This document shows, piece after piece, positions 12,201 through 25,966 of a DNA stretch of 64,000 nt; position 1 is the first letter of the stretch; each line of letters starts with the position of its first letter. The notes under the pieces are model-generated. The model did not search any database. It was not told the DNA's origin and saw only the letters and a program-made list of their open reading frames with translations. The position numbers were made by a program, and so were the translations under genes. This stretch comes from Bilabrum cf. latius (Eukaryota): NCBI GenBank assembly GCA_965178125.1, contig OZ237762.1, positions 806,001 to 870,000 on the forward strand, in the 5' to 3' direction.

Positions 12201-15200
12201 CAGCAGCGTCCCCAGCGGGATCCATGTAAACAGAGGGCGCTCTGCCGCCCACCAAGTACCTGCTTCTGTCATCGCCCGACTCTCCCGCCAGCGGCATTGC
12301 GACAGGGGACAGCTCTTCAGCCAGCCCGCACTTGCACACCGCCTGGAGCTTGACTCCGCACGACTAGATCCGCAACACACGCCGCAGCATCGCCTCAGGA
12401 GGGGTGTCCTCTGGCGGAGCAGGAGCTGAGTCCACCACAGAGTCAGATTCACCTCCTGCCGACGCAGACGCAGCAGCGGTTGGGGCTTGGCCGGGTTGCT
12501 TTCTCTTCGCTAGTTTTCCTTGGTCCTGTGTCTTATGTGCTTCATCATCGCCCTTGCTAGCCTCGTCCTCATCCTCGTCCTCGTCCTCACCCTCGTCCTG
12601 CATGGCAACCTACTGGCTGCTGCTACCACCGGACGATGACCCCGAGCCTGCGGCCGACGACTCCGCGCAATCGATCGATTGCGACGCCCGCACCACCTCC
12701 TCTGGGAGCGCCACGGACTGCGCCTCGTCCTCGAACTCGGATGGCACGGGCTTTCCTTCCTCGTTCACCTGCACGTCCGGTGGCACGCTGCCCACTGTGC
12801 TAAGGTCGAAAGTGCAGAACCTCACGCGGCGCCGGGCACCGCCCCGCTCGCGCCTCGCCGCCTCGTCGTACTCCTCCACGCCAGCCAGCCGCTTGGAGCG
12901 CCGCCCCTGCGCCTGCGCCTGCGACTGCGACTGGGCCTTGGGCAGGTCAGCGGACGCCCCCAGATCCCTGTCGCTGCCGCCCCAGTTTATGGGCGTGGAC
13001 CTGTACCCAACTGCGCTACCGGCCGCGCCTGCACTGGTTCCGGCACTTGCGCTTGCGGTGGCAGGGCCACTGGCAGGCCCCAGCTCGGCGCCCACCTTGC
13101 GCTTCTCCTGCGTGCTGGCGTGCCGCGAGAACTTGCGGAGGATGCCGCGCGTCCTCGTGGGAGCACCGTGGCTGCTTACTACCTGGTTGGACGATGGCAA
13201 ACCACCTGCTGCTGCGCCCGCTCGCCGCTCAGCTTGAATAGCCTCCGCGCGGGCTGCGTCCGCCGCCCTCTCCGGGTCAAGCACGGAGTTTGCTCCGCTG
13301 GCCGCGAGCTCCTCCGCCCTGGCCACCGCCTCGCACATGTCACAGAGCAACCCCACCTCGTCCTCCCCGACCGCACTCGCCACAACGGAGAGACCACCAC
13401 TGCTCGCGGACTCTTTGCCGCTACCGCTGCTGCTACCGCTGCCGCTACCGCTGCTGCTGCTTGCGCCAGCCCCGCGCCGAGCTGCCCTCCTACCTCCTCG
13501 CCCCATCCCGGCATTGCCACGGCTGCTGCTGCTGCTGCTGCCGGCCTTTTTCCCGTCCGAGGCCCTGGCCCAGCACCGCAGCGACGCCCCAAGCAACTTC
13601 CCGCTCACCGACTCGGAGCAGAAGAGGGCGTCGGCGCGCGCCCGGAGAGTCTTTCTCGCGTCCTGGTCCAAGGGAGGCAGCAGCTCGCCGAGCCCGCCCC
13701 CGCCCTCGGGCACCCAGCGAGCCTCCGCGCTGTCGCTCGAGCCTGCATCGATGCCTTGCCGGTGTTCCCCGGGCACGAGCCCCGAGAGGCTGGCCATGTC
13801 TCGTGCCGCCCGCGCGTCCACGAATGGCCATCGCCGCAGGTGGTACAGCTCCCTGCGCGAGTAGAGGCTGGCGGGGGCGTTCCTCCAAGATAGGTCGTCC
13901 AGCAGGCCTACCTGTGTGTCAGGTCCCGCAGCCGCATCTGCAGCCCCGTGCAGGCCCTCCTCTTCCTCCTCCTCGGCCGCCTGGTCGAACTTGCTGGCCA
14001 GCGACATGGCCTGCGGGAGCCTCCGCCCATGCCCGGCCTTTGGGTCCGTGGCGCCAGCTGAGGTGCCGCCCGCTCCTGCCTCCCGTTCCTGGCGCTGCTG
14101 CTTCTCCTTCTCCTGGGCTGCCCTCTTCCGAGTGGATCTGCGGGCAGACGAAGTGCCTGCTGCCGCCCCCGCGCCGCCCGGGGTGGCTCGCTTGGTGCGG
14201 TGCTGCCTGGAGGTCTTTGGCGGTTCTTTGCTCTCATCGATAGGCCCTGCGTGGTCAATTGTGGGACTCTGCGCGCTGGCTGCTTCGGGTGCCAGGGAAG
14301 ACGAGGACGAGGAGGAGGCAGATGCGGAGCGCGCGCTGCTGCCGCTGCTGCTGTCGCCCTGATTGGGCTGCTTCTTCCTCCTGGGGGACCTTCTAAAGGC
14401 GGAGGAGGACGAGGCCCCCGCCCCTCCCTTCCTCCTGCCCTCGATCTCACCGCGGGGAGAAAGGGAGGGCGGAGACCCGCTGGAGGAGCTAGAGGCAGAG
14501 TCGCTGCCGGGGGCCTGTGGGCTGGGTGCCGCGGGAGGGCTGCCACTCCCTGTGCTGGTGCCTTGGGAGGCACGCGGTGCGACGAGCGGACCCGTGGGCG
14601 CTGCGGGCGTGGGCGAAAGCGCGGGCGGGGCATGTGCCTTCACCCTGCGCAGCCGAGGAGACCTGCGGGCGGACCCCTGGCTCGCAGAAGCAGGCCTTCC
14701 TGAGGAAGACTCTGCAGCCCCGGCACTTGTTCTAGCGCTAGAGCTGGCCGCCTGGCTGCTGCCTCCATCCGCGCTCCTGGACCTCTGCTGGATGTGCGGC
14801 GGTGACCCAGGTGGTGCTCTCGCCCCGGACCTGGCCCCGGACCGAGCACCTGGGCCGCTGCCGGTGCCTGCGCTTGCACCGACGTCCACCGGTGGAGGAG
14901 AGGGCGGCACCAGCCCAGAGCCCCTGCGCGCCTTGAGACGGGGCGAGCGACGCAGCGGGGTGGGCGGGCCTGCCCCCAGCTCAGCCGACGACGAGCGTCC
15001 CCCGCCCCTGGAAGCAGACCGGGAAGCAGACCTGGCAGGGGAGGGCGACGGGCCCCTGCCTCGATAATTTGAATGCTCGCCTGCACCTGCATGCGATGCA
15101 CCCGCGCCTGCGCTGTGCTGTCGGCTGCTTCTGGCAGAACCTGCACCTTGCTCCCTCGCCGTGTCGGTCCTCCGTCGCTTGCGGGCGCTGCCTGGCTGGT

Positions 15201-15891
15201 GGGCCGGCAGCTGCGGCGGCAGACCCTCATCGCCGCTAAATCCACCTGTGGACTGACTGGCAGCACCGCTGCCTCCACGCCCGTGTCCCCGCTCTTCCCC
15301 CTGGCCCCCCGACACGCCATTCTCTTGCCCCCGCCTGCGCTTGCGACCCGCAATGCCCGCCCCGCGCTCCGCCTCTGCCGCCAGCTCTCTCTCCTCCTCC
15401 TCCCGCAGCACGCGCAGCTCCTCCGCAGTGGGTGGCCTGGTCCCCGACACCCTCCTCTTCCTGCCCCCCCGGCGGCCTCCGGAGCTCCCCGTGCTGGACC
15501 CGGAGCCGGATCTAGGGCGGTTTCCGACCCCACTGAAGGCCGCGCCTGTCTGATCGGGCTGAAGACGTGTCCGGGAATTGTCCGGGGACAGGGCGAGAGT
15601 TCCACCACGGGGCGGGCTCAGGCTCATGGAAGCCAGGCCGCCCTCGGCGCCGTCTACCGCGACATCCATGGAATCCAGCCCCGGCTCGATTTCTAACGAG
15701 AATTCGCGTGAAGACTCGTGGGACCCCCTGCTCCGGCCGCCGTTATCCATCTCCGACTTCGAACTGGCATCAGACTTTGCTACTGACCGTGCCGGCGGGC
15801 CAAGTCCACTTTGCACCGCACGCCGGGGGCTCGTGCGCCGCCTTGTGCGCGACAATGCCTTGGATGCAGTCTGTGTACGTGGGGATGCCAT
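9289..15891 (-). CDS. Large (~2200 aa) low-complexity hypothetical protein, S/G/A/R-rich with basic NLS-like clusters
   Basis: Seven track ORFs are in a single frame, linked by 9 TAGs with no TAA/TGA; ends TGA at 9289. The same frame stays open (TAG only) up to ATG 16236, so the start may be further upstream. Confidence 0.75.
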
Positions 15892-16557
15892 CTCAACACC
15901 AGCAACCGCCGTGTTTCCAGCTGCGCCGCTGCGCTACTGCCGCGCGGACGGCGCCTTGTTCGCGTGGCTCTCACCCTATGATGTGGCTTTAGCTGCGATT
16001 AAGCGTAGTTTTCGAATCAAACATATACACACAAACTATGTTGGGTTCCCAGAAGGTCTCACTGCAGCAAGATACTGAAAGCTGCTTTCCAAACGTTTGG
16101 CCCAGCAAGTACTCCACACCATTTCTTTCTCACAGATAGGTGCTTTTGCAGAAGTTCTCGACCCATTCTTAAGTTTCGGCACTGTCATGGACTTGAAAGA
16201 CATAGACTTGGCTCCACCATTTCCGCTTGCACGCATATTAAGATGAGAATCAAACCAGTGGATGGACCCGACGAAAGGCCGACTACAACCTCAGCCTGGG
16301 ATAGTCTAGTCACTTCTGTCCTATGCTTGGCAAATGGCAGGAAATGATTGATGTGCACGTCCCACTAATAGTATGTGGCAAGTAAGGGTGTTTCCAAGGA
16401 AGCTGTTGAAGGATTGAAGGCAAATCTCAAGGGTATACCATATTTTCTTGCAACAATTTACACGGTACAAACAACAGTTGCCGTTGCCTAGGTTGCCAAA
16501 GATACCCTTTTAAACGCCCGAGTATGTCAAAAAGAGCAGATTGAGTGAACCTGAATC

Positions 16558-17853
16558 ATGGAGAGGCTTCTCGCGGCTGCGACACGGAAATCTGCGTGTT
16601 CAAGATCCACGGAGCACGGAGCATTTGACTACTTTGCAATGCGAAGCTCCAAATTTTCAAAGCAAATGCGTAATGTTCGAGGGCGGTCAAATTATAAGTC
16701 GGGTGACTTGATTTTCGATAATATGACATTCTACGTGGATGGAAGACAGACTGCAGTACACTCAACATAGCTCATAAGAATGCTCCACAGGCACGGCGGC
16801 AAGACGGTGCAGTTCATGAGTATAACAAGAGTCGACGTGGTTTTAGCCCCGCGTATACCGGAGACGAAGCATAGCCAATGGAAGAATTGCACCGTTGTCA
16901 ACTGTCAGTGGGCGGTCGACAGCGTCAAGGCGGGCAGGCGGCTGCCGTACGCCAACTACCTCGTGACGAATAGTTCGTCGAAGTGCCGCATCGAGCGGTA
17001 CTCTGCAGCATCAACGAGCCTGTCATTGCAAACAGGTACTACTGGTGCCAAAGATACCGGTTTTTTCCCGAGAAGTTCCACCAAGTCAGCAGAGAGCTCT
17101 GAGGGGGGCAAGGCCAGCGAGGCAGGTGCGATACCACTGCCACTGCCACTGCCGCTCACTGGGGCTGCAACTGAAACCGCTGGCAGTAGCAGCAGAGGAA
17201 GTGGGAGCAGCCGTAGCACTGAAGAACTGGGCGCCAAGCGATCATTCAGACCCTAGTCAGACAGCCGGCCTCTCGGAATCGACCCTGCGCCCAGTGGCAA
17301 GAGGAGTAGGACAGAGCAGGCTTCATCGTCTGAAGCAGTCGGTAATTCATAGATTGGGACGAAGTATCGTAGTGGGTTTTCATTAGGTACTCTGCTGGAT
17401 GCAACCGGCCACGGAGCGACAAGTGGTGCAGGTGCAGGCGCAGGTGCAGGTGCAGGTGCAGGTGCAGGTGCAGGTGCAGGTGCAGGTGCAGGTGCAGGTG
17501 CAGGTGCAGGTGCAGGTGCAGGTGCAGGTGCAGGTGCAGGTGCAGGTGCAGGTGCAGGTGCAGGTGCAGGTGCAGGTGCAGGTGCAGGTACAGGTGCAGG
17601 TGCAGGTGCAGGTGCAGGTGCAGGTGCAGGTGCAGGTGCAGGTGCAGGTACAGGTGCAGGTACAGGTGCAGGTGCAGGTGCAGGTGCAGGTGCAGGTGCA
17701 GGTGCAGGTGCGGATGCCTCTGCCAGTGGCAGGCCAGGCAAGCCAAAGCCACCACTACGGGCTCAAGGGGAGAGGTTGGGCGTGGACAGTACCAGCGGCG
17801 AGGGCGAGGACGATGTGATTGACTTGGTCTCGGAGTGCGATTCAATCGATTGA
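16558..17853 (+). CDS. REV1-type BRCT-domain protein without a polymerase domain; Gly-Ala repeat; C-terminal SIM-like motif
   Basis: 'IFDNMTFYVDG..*LIRMLHRHGG..VVNCQWAVDSVKAGRRLPYANYL' parallels the REV1 N-terminal BRCT (IFSGVAIYVNG..LHGG..WIVESIKAGRLLSY). 3 in-frame TAGs; ends 'EDDVIDLVSECDSID' TGA. Confidence 0.72.
17425..17712 (+). repeat. (GGTGCA)n hexamer microsatellite, ~48 units, coding (Gly-Ala)n
   Basis: Directly visible; a few GGTACA/GGCGCA variants; in frame with the BRCT gene. Confidence 0.97.
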
Positions 17854-18077
17854 GAGGTGTGTGCACCCAGCGAGCGTGGCAGACTATCGTGCGCAATCAG
17901 TCTGGCTTAAGAGGTACTCGAACATACTTCACACTGATTAACTCCGCCGCCCAGCGGCGTAGCTGTGAAGATATAGACTAGGCGATTTGTGTTTGGGGTG
18001 TCCAACCGTCCGGAATGTGAAATAAATAACGCAAACCTACTAGGATCTACACTAGAGTTCATTTTTAGTCTCTGAAC

Positions 18078-18791
18078 ATGAGACACCGATTCTAGCCAAC
18101 GACACTGGGAGTTTTAAGCGCATTTATTGCCATCGTGGCGCTAATAGAATCGTGTCCCGGAGCAGAAGCTCGGCGCCGATCCCGTCGACGTGGCTCCAAG
18201 AAAGGCTGGACGTCGCTATACATTCTGGCAATAGTATTTGCGTGTCTGCTGATACCTATCGTCGGTACATTTATTTACCAGGTCGTCACTGATCCAGTGA
18301 CACCTCACATAATGATGGAGTTGTATTACAGGCTAGTTGACACATTCGCCAAGCCGTCGAAGGCCGAGCTGAAGAGGCGGAGACGGGACGCGAAAGCCAT
18401 GGCGCGAACCGCAGCCAAAGTCGAACGGGACCGTCGACGAAGACTAGCAGTCGAGAGTGGTTTGTTGCCGAATGAAAGCGGTCGCAGAGATGGCGTTGAA
18501 CGAGCTCCAAAGCTTCGGAGCTCAGATGGTGACTTGGAGGATCGCCGACAAAGCCGCCGTCGTCGTAGGCGCCAAGATGCACCAGATGATAGCATTGAAG
18601 ACGCTGATGGGGATCCTCGTTTTGCTCTGCCTGCCAGAATGGGAGGGGGAAGCAACGGCTACGAAGGAGGTGTCGGTACTACTCAGGCGATGCAGGCAAA
18701 CGAGTAGGGTAGGTCCACTGAATCGGAATGGACAGGACGACATATTGGAAAAAGAGGGGTTACGACGGGCAGGCGCGGCACGCTGAGCTGA
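18078..18791 (+). CDS. Small membrane protein (signal-like N-terminus, one TM helix, basic/acidic tail)
   Basis: ATG 18078 'MRHRF*PTTLGVLSAFIAIVALIESCPGAEA'; TM 'LYILAIVFACLLIPIVGTFIY'; 2 TAGs; TGA 18789-18791. Confidence 0.65.
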
Positions 18792-19092
18792 TTGAACAGG
18801 GTTGCGCGTGATGAGGGGGGCGGTCACAAAGTTGCACGTGCATGCTTACAAAAACAATTTGTACGGATGCAAACACGCAAAAGCAGCGTAAGATACATTC
18901 CATCCGACTCACGGATAGATCCAAGGCGTTTGACCACCCCCGACCGGGAGTGGTAGGTCGGCTGGCTCGTGTCAAGCAAGGGCAGACGGGGAGGCAGCAG
19001 CAGGACGGGCGCACAGTAGAGTCCCGCTTCGCCTCCCATATCTTTGGCCCATTCGATTCGCTTGAAGTACCAGCGCTTGCCCTAATCACTCG

Positions 19093-22000
19093 TCACACTT
19101 CCTCAGCAGGCAACACCGACGACGAGGCATCTCCGGCGGGTGGGGAGGGGGCGGGGCTGGAAGCAGCCGCTGCCACGCTGGGCGGCGGGGGCGGCGCACC
19201 ACCACTGCCGCTCGCTTTAGGGGGCGGTGGTGGCGGCGGCAGCACGAAAGACCGCTTGGATGCAGAGAAGGACTTGAGTTCCCACACCCTGCGAGACCTC
19301 CTCCCGTGTTCCCTGTCCATGCCCATCAGGTCCTGCACCCTCGGGTTGTCCAAGGGGTTGTAGGAGGTGAGCCCGTGGAGCCAGCCGTTGGTCTGAGCCT
19401 GCGAGAAGCTCGGCAGCACGTCATGCACCTCCAGTCGCCTCCCACCGTAGGTTCCATCGTTCTCGTCCACCTTCCCCTTGCCCTTCCCGGCCTTCTGCGC
19501 GTCTTCCTGGTCCGCCCGCATTGCCAGCAGGTCGGATTGGGCCGCCGACAGCAGCGCAGCCGCGATGGGATCGTCCCTGTCCCCGCTGCAGAGACCGCAG
19601 GTGGCAAAGGCGCACACCTAGCAGCAGCACCGACACAAGGATCCAGCCGCCCACTCGAGCACCATGCCCAGGGCCACGACCACGAACAGCACCACCATGG
19701 GAACCACGTGAGGCTGGGAGAGCCTCTCGGTCACAGTCAGGACGTTCTTGTCCGCCTCCAGCTCCGGAGGCAGTCCCTGCAGCTGCTTGGCCAGTTCCTC
19801 GGCGCTCTACCTGGCCTGGTCCTGCCCCTCTGCGATCCTCAGGTCCTGTCCAAACTACTCCTCTACCCACTCGTCCGAGGAGAAGATCGTGCGGTTGCTC
19901 AGCTGCCATGCGCCCACGGCCAGGTGTGCCAGGACTGCGAGCGGCAGCCACGAGGTCAGGTGCTTGTGCAGCGTAGCGTCCTGGAAGGGGGGCGTCCTGA
20001 AGTGTCTGAGGAACAGCGCCTTATCGCTCCAGAATGTGACGAAGAAAGCGGCCGCTGCCACCACGTGCATCACTGGCATGCCTGTGGAGAACGCCAGGCA
20101 CACGTACGTGATGTTGATAAGCTCGGCATACCTCGTCTCGAACTTGAACCCGCTGCCCGTGAAGAGCGCGTCCAGCTCCCTCTGCGTGCGGGCGGCCTTG
20201 ATGTTGCCGCTGGTGCGCACGCAGCAGTAGGCCCACACCAGTGTGAGCCAGTCGTATCCGTTCATGACGATGATCTGCACGAACAGGGAGATCACCATCT
20301 GAGAGCCCACCTCGGCGTACCAAGTGGACGTGAAGTCCTTGATACCCAGCCCGCCCCAATCCAGCCCGGGAATGTACGCGTTCACCAGCGTAGCCATGTA
20401 GGCCGTGTTCACGATCTGGAACAGGGTGAGCCTAGATCCGAAGGACAGGCTCCTCGCCTCGAGGGAGTGGTGCCTCTCCCACTTGGCTAGCTTCCAGAGG
20501 CAGATCTCCAGCGCGCCATTCACGGCCACTGTCGCGAAAGCAGCCAGGATGACGATGGTCAGGGCGAGGGACTGCGCGCCCAGCCAGCCCTCGCAGAGCG
20601 CCTTTTCCTCTGAGTCCGAGAGGAGCTGCTGGGTGGGGACCAGCCTGCAGTAGCAGTGCAACATCTCGGGGTCCGCCTCTGCTTGTTCCCTGGCCACGGC
20701 GATGGGCTCGCCGGTCTTTGCATCCACGGGGCAGTCCCTCTCCCCTCCCTCGTTCTGCGCCTGCTCCTGCTAGATCGAGGCCCAGAAGGTTAGCGCGCTG
20801 CATGCAAGCACCACCACGAGAGCGACAAGGCTGGTGACCGACTGCAGACAGCACCGGGTGCAGGGGCTGTACCCGATGTTCTGCCACTGGATCGTCGAAG
20901 GTTCGCTGGCGCGGGTCACCAACATGGACGCTGGCTCGTCGCTCTCGGACCCCTTGGCGCTGGGTGCGCCCACCAGGCCAGTGCCCAGACTAGCCTCCCG
21001 GGCTACAGAGCCGTGATGGCCAGTGGGCGAATGCAGCGGGACGGGCGCAGCGGCGGCGAGGCTCGACTCCACGCCCACCTCGTCCAGCTCCACTGCCCCT
21101 GTCTCGCGGTCGGAGTCGCTGTTCTCTGCAGTCCCCTTCCCACCCTAGGGCCCATCACCCTTGCTGGCTGTTCCCTGCCGCCTCTTTCCCGCGGCAGAGG
21201 CCCCCGCCTGCTGGAAGGCACCGGCGGCATGCAGAGCAGCCGCGCTGAGCCCGTGGTCTCCCTCCAGCTGGGCTCGGGCCACGTCTGCGTGCCCAGTCCC
21301 TCCGCTCCCTGTCTCCTCCTTGCCCTCCCCCGGACCAACACTGCTTCCTGCAGCCGACGGGGAAAACCCTTCTGCTCCTGAACCCTTCGATCCCCCCGCC
21401 TCTGCTCCTGAACCCTTCGATTCCCCCGCCTCTGCATCCCCAGCTGGAGTCTCCCCCTCGTCGCCGTCGGCACCGAAGTCCAGATCCGCCTGCATGCCCC
21501 CATCCTCCAGCCACTCCTCCACGCCCACCACCCCCCCCTGCTCTGGCCTGCCCTCGGGCACCCTCAGGTGGGCAGAGGCCTGGTACAGGGAACTGATGGC
21601 CCGGGCTGCCCTGCGCAGGCGGGCCCCCATCGCTGCTTTCTTGGCGCTGCGGATGGCCCCGATCCCCAGCTTGGACTCTCTCGTGAGCCGCAGGTCGGTT
21701 GGAAGGCAGCACCACCGCGCGGCATCACCGTTGCCGTAGGCCCTCAGCACGCGAGCCGCGTCTTCAGCTCTCTCGAACGTGATGAAAGCGGCCAGCACGC
21801 CGCTCATGGGTCGCACAGCCTTGGCCCTGGTGGTTGCCTCCACCACCTTTGCCTTGATGAGGTCGCGCTTCCTCTCCAACTCATGCAGGCGGGCGTCTGC
21901 CTCCTTCCTCGCACGGGGCAGCTTGCCCCGCTCGGCCCCGTGCGCCGCCTCCAGCTACCTCACCCTTTGGTCTACCGCAGCCCATGCATTGTCCAGCCTT

Positions 22001-23173
22001 TTGATCAGTGTCCCCCGCATCATGCACACCTCGAACAGCTCCTCGCAGTCTTCCGCCAGGAACACCTCCGCCACTTTCCCTTCGTCCTTGGGCCCGGGTG
22101 CGACCTCGGGGGTCTCCACGGGCCCGCAGCAGGGGCTCCTGCTCCTGGCCTCCTGCAGGGCCTTGTGTTCCCTGGCCTCCTACCCCTCCCTGCGCGCTAG
22201 CTGCTCAAAGTGTGCCCTCAGCTCCCACTCCGTCGCATCGGGGGGAAGGCTCTCCACCTTGAGGGTGTAGTCCCGGGCCGACAGGAATCCACCGGTGGAC
22301 TGCACCTCCTCCAGCTGCACGCAGGCACGCATCCAGCAGGTGGCCATGAGGAACAAGAGCGTGCCCAGCAGGTCCATGGCCACAACCACCTGCGCCACCT
22401 AGCTCTTGTCCATCGAGCACTGCTCAGGCGTGCCATCACAGAACGGGATCAGGACGCTCGTCACGTTGCGCTCGTCGCCTAAGTTCCCCACAGAGACGGA
22501 ATCGAGCTCAACGCTCTCCCCGGCGCCTTGCGTCACGGCGCCCGTGCCGGCAGCTGCCAGAACGAAAACGGGGATCGACAGTAGCGTCCAAATCGCGAAC
22601 ACGGTGAAGCCCCACTTGTAAAACTTCCACAGGACGCTCAGTCCGGCACCGTACCTCGCAAAATCGCTCGAGGTGCGCTATCCGCAGCAAAAAATAGCAG
22701 AGATGAGCCAGTACAAGCTGTTCTCATCGTCAGTCCCGCAAAAGAGTCCTGTTGAGGATGAGCAGATGGGCCAAGGCACAGTGTCGCCATTCGGAAGTAC
22801 CTGTCGAGGGTGACTGCGCACATCAAACGAGAGTGGCGAACGCAACTCGGTTAGGCTGGCGCTCGAGAGGCAATGGATTACGTAGAAAGAAACTGCTTGC
22901 ACCAACGGCGCTTCTCCATCAAGTGCTTCCAGCCCCGACATTAGCTATCCCTACACAACAATTATTTCACATATCCCACAGTAAATCCACGAGCTGCATG
23001 GCCTCCTCAAGCGAGGGCTCCTTGTGCTGCTTCTTCTGTTTCGAAGACGGGTGCAACCCTGCCAGCGCCGTAGAGCCCTTCGGACTTGCTGTTGTCAGGT
23101 GCAGCCGCCTCGTTCGTGTCGACTCCGAGCGAAGCGGATTATTTGTTGCAAGAGGCGAAAGCGCATTGTCCAT
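19093..23173 (-). CDS. OSCA/TMEM63 (CSC1)-like calcium-permeable mechanosensitive channel
   Basis: 'YGAGLSVLWKFYKW', 'SARDYTLKVESLP', 'AAFITFERAEDA', 'VTRASEPSTIQWQN', 'FKFETRYAELINITYVCLAFSTGMP..FWSDKALFLRHFRTPP'. About 9 in-frame TAGs join seven track ORFs; ends TGA. Probable intron 22814-22970; 5' end uncertain. Confidence 0.8.
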
Positions 23174-23606
23174 GATGCCCGTAGGCTCTTCTAGAGTGAA
23201 AATAGACTAGCCGATCCATCTGCGCGGCGCCTCCGACGTTACGGAACATTCGCCATCGGTCGCAGACTATCATGAGGCCCCGCCGGTCCCGTGGTCGCAC
23301 CTCTGGCAAACTGCGACCATGCCACAGTGGCCGTCGCTTTACGAGGGGTGGCAGCACAATGCGCCGAAACTGGCAGCAAATGCGTGTGCGAATGATGCGC
23401 CATGCCCAAACTCGTGGGGTCTTTTTTCCGAAGAGGACAACATGCAGGGAATTGCAGCGTGACGTCCGTGCCGCCTCTTGCTGGTTGACAATTTGCTGCC
23501 CTGGCCACGAGAAGCGACCAGTCCCAGTAGATTTGCATTCTTATCGGGATTTATTGTCGACTATTTCCCGGGATCGCTAGAAGAATCTGTTTGCTAGGCT
23601 CATTCA

Positions 23607-25909
23607 ATGGCTGCAGCACGCGATGATGCTCGGCAGCCGGTCCGTCTCCGCATCGCACACTTCAATGACGTCTACGTAATGACTCCGAGATCACAGGCCC
23701 CCGAGGGTGGTGCTGCTCACTTTGCATCTGCTATGCAGGAGCTGCGGGAGTGCCGAGACGACTTTCAGAGGAACTCGGATGACTTCCTGACGCTGTTTAG
23801 TGGGGACGCGTTTTTCCCCTCTATGCTCTCAACTGTGACAAAAGGAGCTCACATGGCAGAGCTTTTGCCCATGCTTGGGGTAGACGTGTGCGGGTTGGGG
23901 AACCACGAGCTAGACGGCGGCGCTGACAACGCTGCCAGGCAGATACAGGCGTCTGCTCTCCCTTGGCTGTGCAGCAACTGCGACGACAGGTACACGGGGG
24001 AGCCCCTGGCGGGTTGCAAGCGAACGCATGTGTTGGAGCGCGCAGGCCTCCGGATCGGCCTCATGGGCCTGATTGAGGGTGACTGGATCGCGACGCTGTC
24101 GATGGACACAGCGGACCTTGTCTACCACGACTTCTGTGAGGCGGCCAGGAGGCTCGAGAAGCAGCTCAGGGAAGAGGAGGGCTGCCACATCGTGATCGCG
24201 CTGACCCACATGCGAGTGCCCAACGACCACAAGCTGGCCCGCGAGGTGCCTGGGCTCGACCTCGTGCTGGGGGGGCACGACCACACCGTCGAGGACGCGT
24301 TCGTGCGGCCTGCGGGCGGCGGAGAACAACCGGGAGAGGGAGAATTGACCGAAGAAGGCGGCCCGGAGGAGGCCGAACCGGCCGCCCCAACGGCCCACGC
24401 GGACAGCGGCAGCAGTGTGACGAGTGCGATGAGCGAGGCGCAGGTGGAGCGGGTCCTGTCGGGGTTCTCCGTGGTGGCGGGCGGGGCCGTGGGAACAAAG
24501 CACAGGGCTGCGGGAGGCAGCAAAGGGGCGGGTGGAGCTGTGGCACAATCGGAAGATGGCGCCAGTAGCACCCCGTCGGAGGTGGGCCGCACTGTGACGT
24601 CACAGTCCGTGCGGGCTGCCCGTGGGGCCCTTGGGTTCGACGACGAGGGCGCGGCCGAGGCAGCGGGGGAGGGGGGACCGGAGGAGGGCGCGGCGAGGGC
24701 GGGGGCGACGGCGGGTGCGGGGACTGGGACGGATGAAGGCTCCTCCGTGGAGCAGTCTAGCCCGCTGTCCCCGCGGGAGTCGCTGATGCACCCTCGGTGG
24801 TCGGGGTTCCGCGTGTCTGCCTCAAGGGGCGGGGTGCGGGTGGTGAAGAGCGGGACCGATTTCAGGGACCTGGGTGAGGTGATCGTGGAGTACTGGCCCC
24901 CTGCTAGGGAGGGGATGGGGGAGAGTGGCGGTCCCCCGCACCGGGGTGAGGTCCTGGTGGGGGTGCGTCACTTAGTGGTGGGGAAGAACTTCCCCCCCGA
25001 CACCAAGGTGGGGGCACTCGTCGAATCGCACGAAGCCAAGCTGGGGTCAGCCATGGGGAGCATCATTGGGGAGAGCGTCGTGCCTCTGGACGCGCGATTC
25101 GCAGCGGTGCGGACACGGGAGACCAACATCGGGTCACTGCTTGCAGACCTGATGCGGGAAGCCGTCAAGGCGGACGTGGCTATCCTCAACAGCGGAACTA
25201 TCCGTGCTGACGACGTGATGGGCCCGGGCCCGCTGCAGCTGCGGCACCTGGTGACGCTGCTGCCCATGCAGGACCCCATCGTGAAGATCCGGATCAACGG
25301 GGCACAGCTACTCAGCTGTCTCGAGAACGGGGTCAGCAAGTGGCCCGAGCTAGAGGGAAGGTTCCCACAGGTGTCCGGCATGCGCTTCGCATTCGACGGC
25401 AGCAAGGCACCGGGCAGCAGGGTGGTGCCCGGCAGCGTGACCGTGAGTGAGGGCGAGGGCGAGGCCCCCCTGGACCTGGAGAAGACCTACACTCTCTCCA
25501 CCAAGGGGTACCTCGCCCTGGGCAAGGACGGATACGGGGCCATGGCCGAGGGCGAGGTGCTCATCGACGCGGAGCAGGGGCCCGTGCTGCCCAACCTGCT
25601 GCGGCAGCGTCTGAGGGTGCTGGCAGCGCTGAACGGATTCTCCAGGAGCAACGTGCGCTCGTCACACCCCGCGTGGCAGAGGGCCATGCGGGCAGTGCGC
25701 CGCAGCACGCGCAAGCTCCGCCGCCGCGCGAGCGTGGTGCAGGAAGCCTCCGAGCACAAGGGCCTCGCCGCCCTCTGCCGGCAGCAGTCCTTGGCCGAGG
25801 ACGAGGGGGCGGTGGATCGCATGGAGGAGGCAAGGAGAACCAGGAAACAGGCCCGGAGCCGCGTGAGGAGGGGTTTATTTCAGGATGGCAAGGCCGGAGG
25901 AAAACCCAC

Positions 25910-25966
<57 letters not shown>

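Noticed and set aside
17246-17896. poly-HL, poly-AP and poly-VQ ORFs
   Set aside because: These are alternative frames of the GGTGCA repeat; the Gly-Ala frame is the one continuous with the BRCT gene.
21360-21440. 30-bp tandem duplication in the OSCA gene and similar short coding repeats (e.g. 7320-7365)
   Set aside because: Ordinary slippage in low-complexity linkers.
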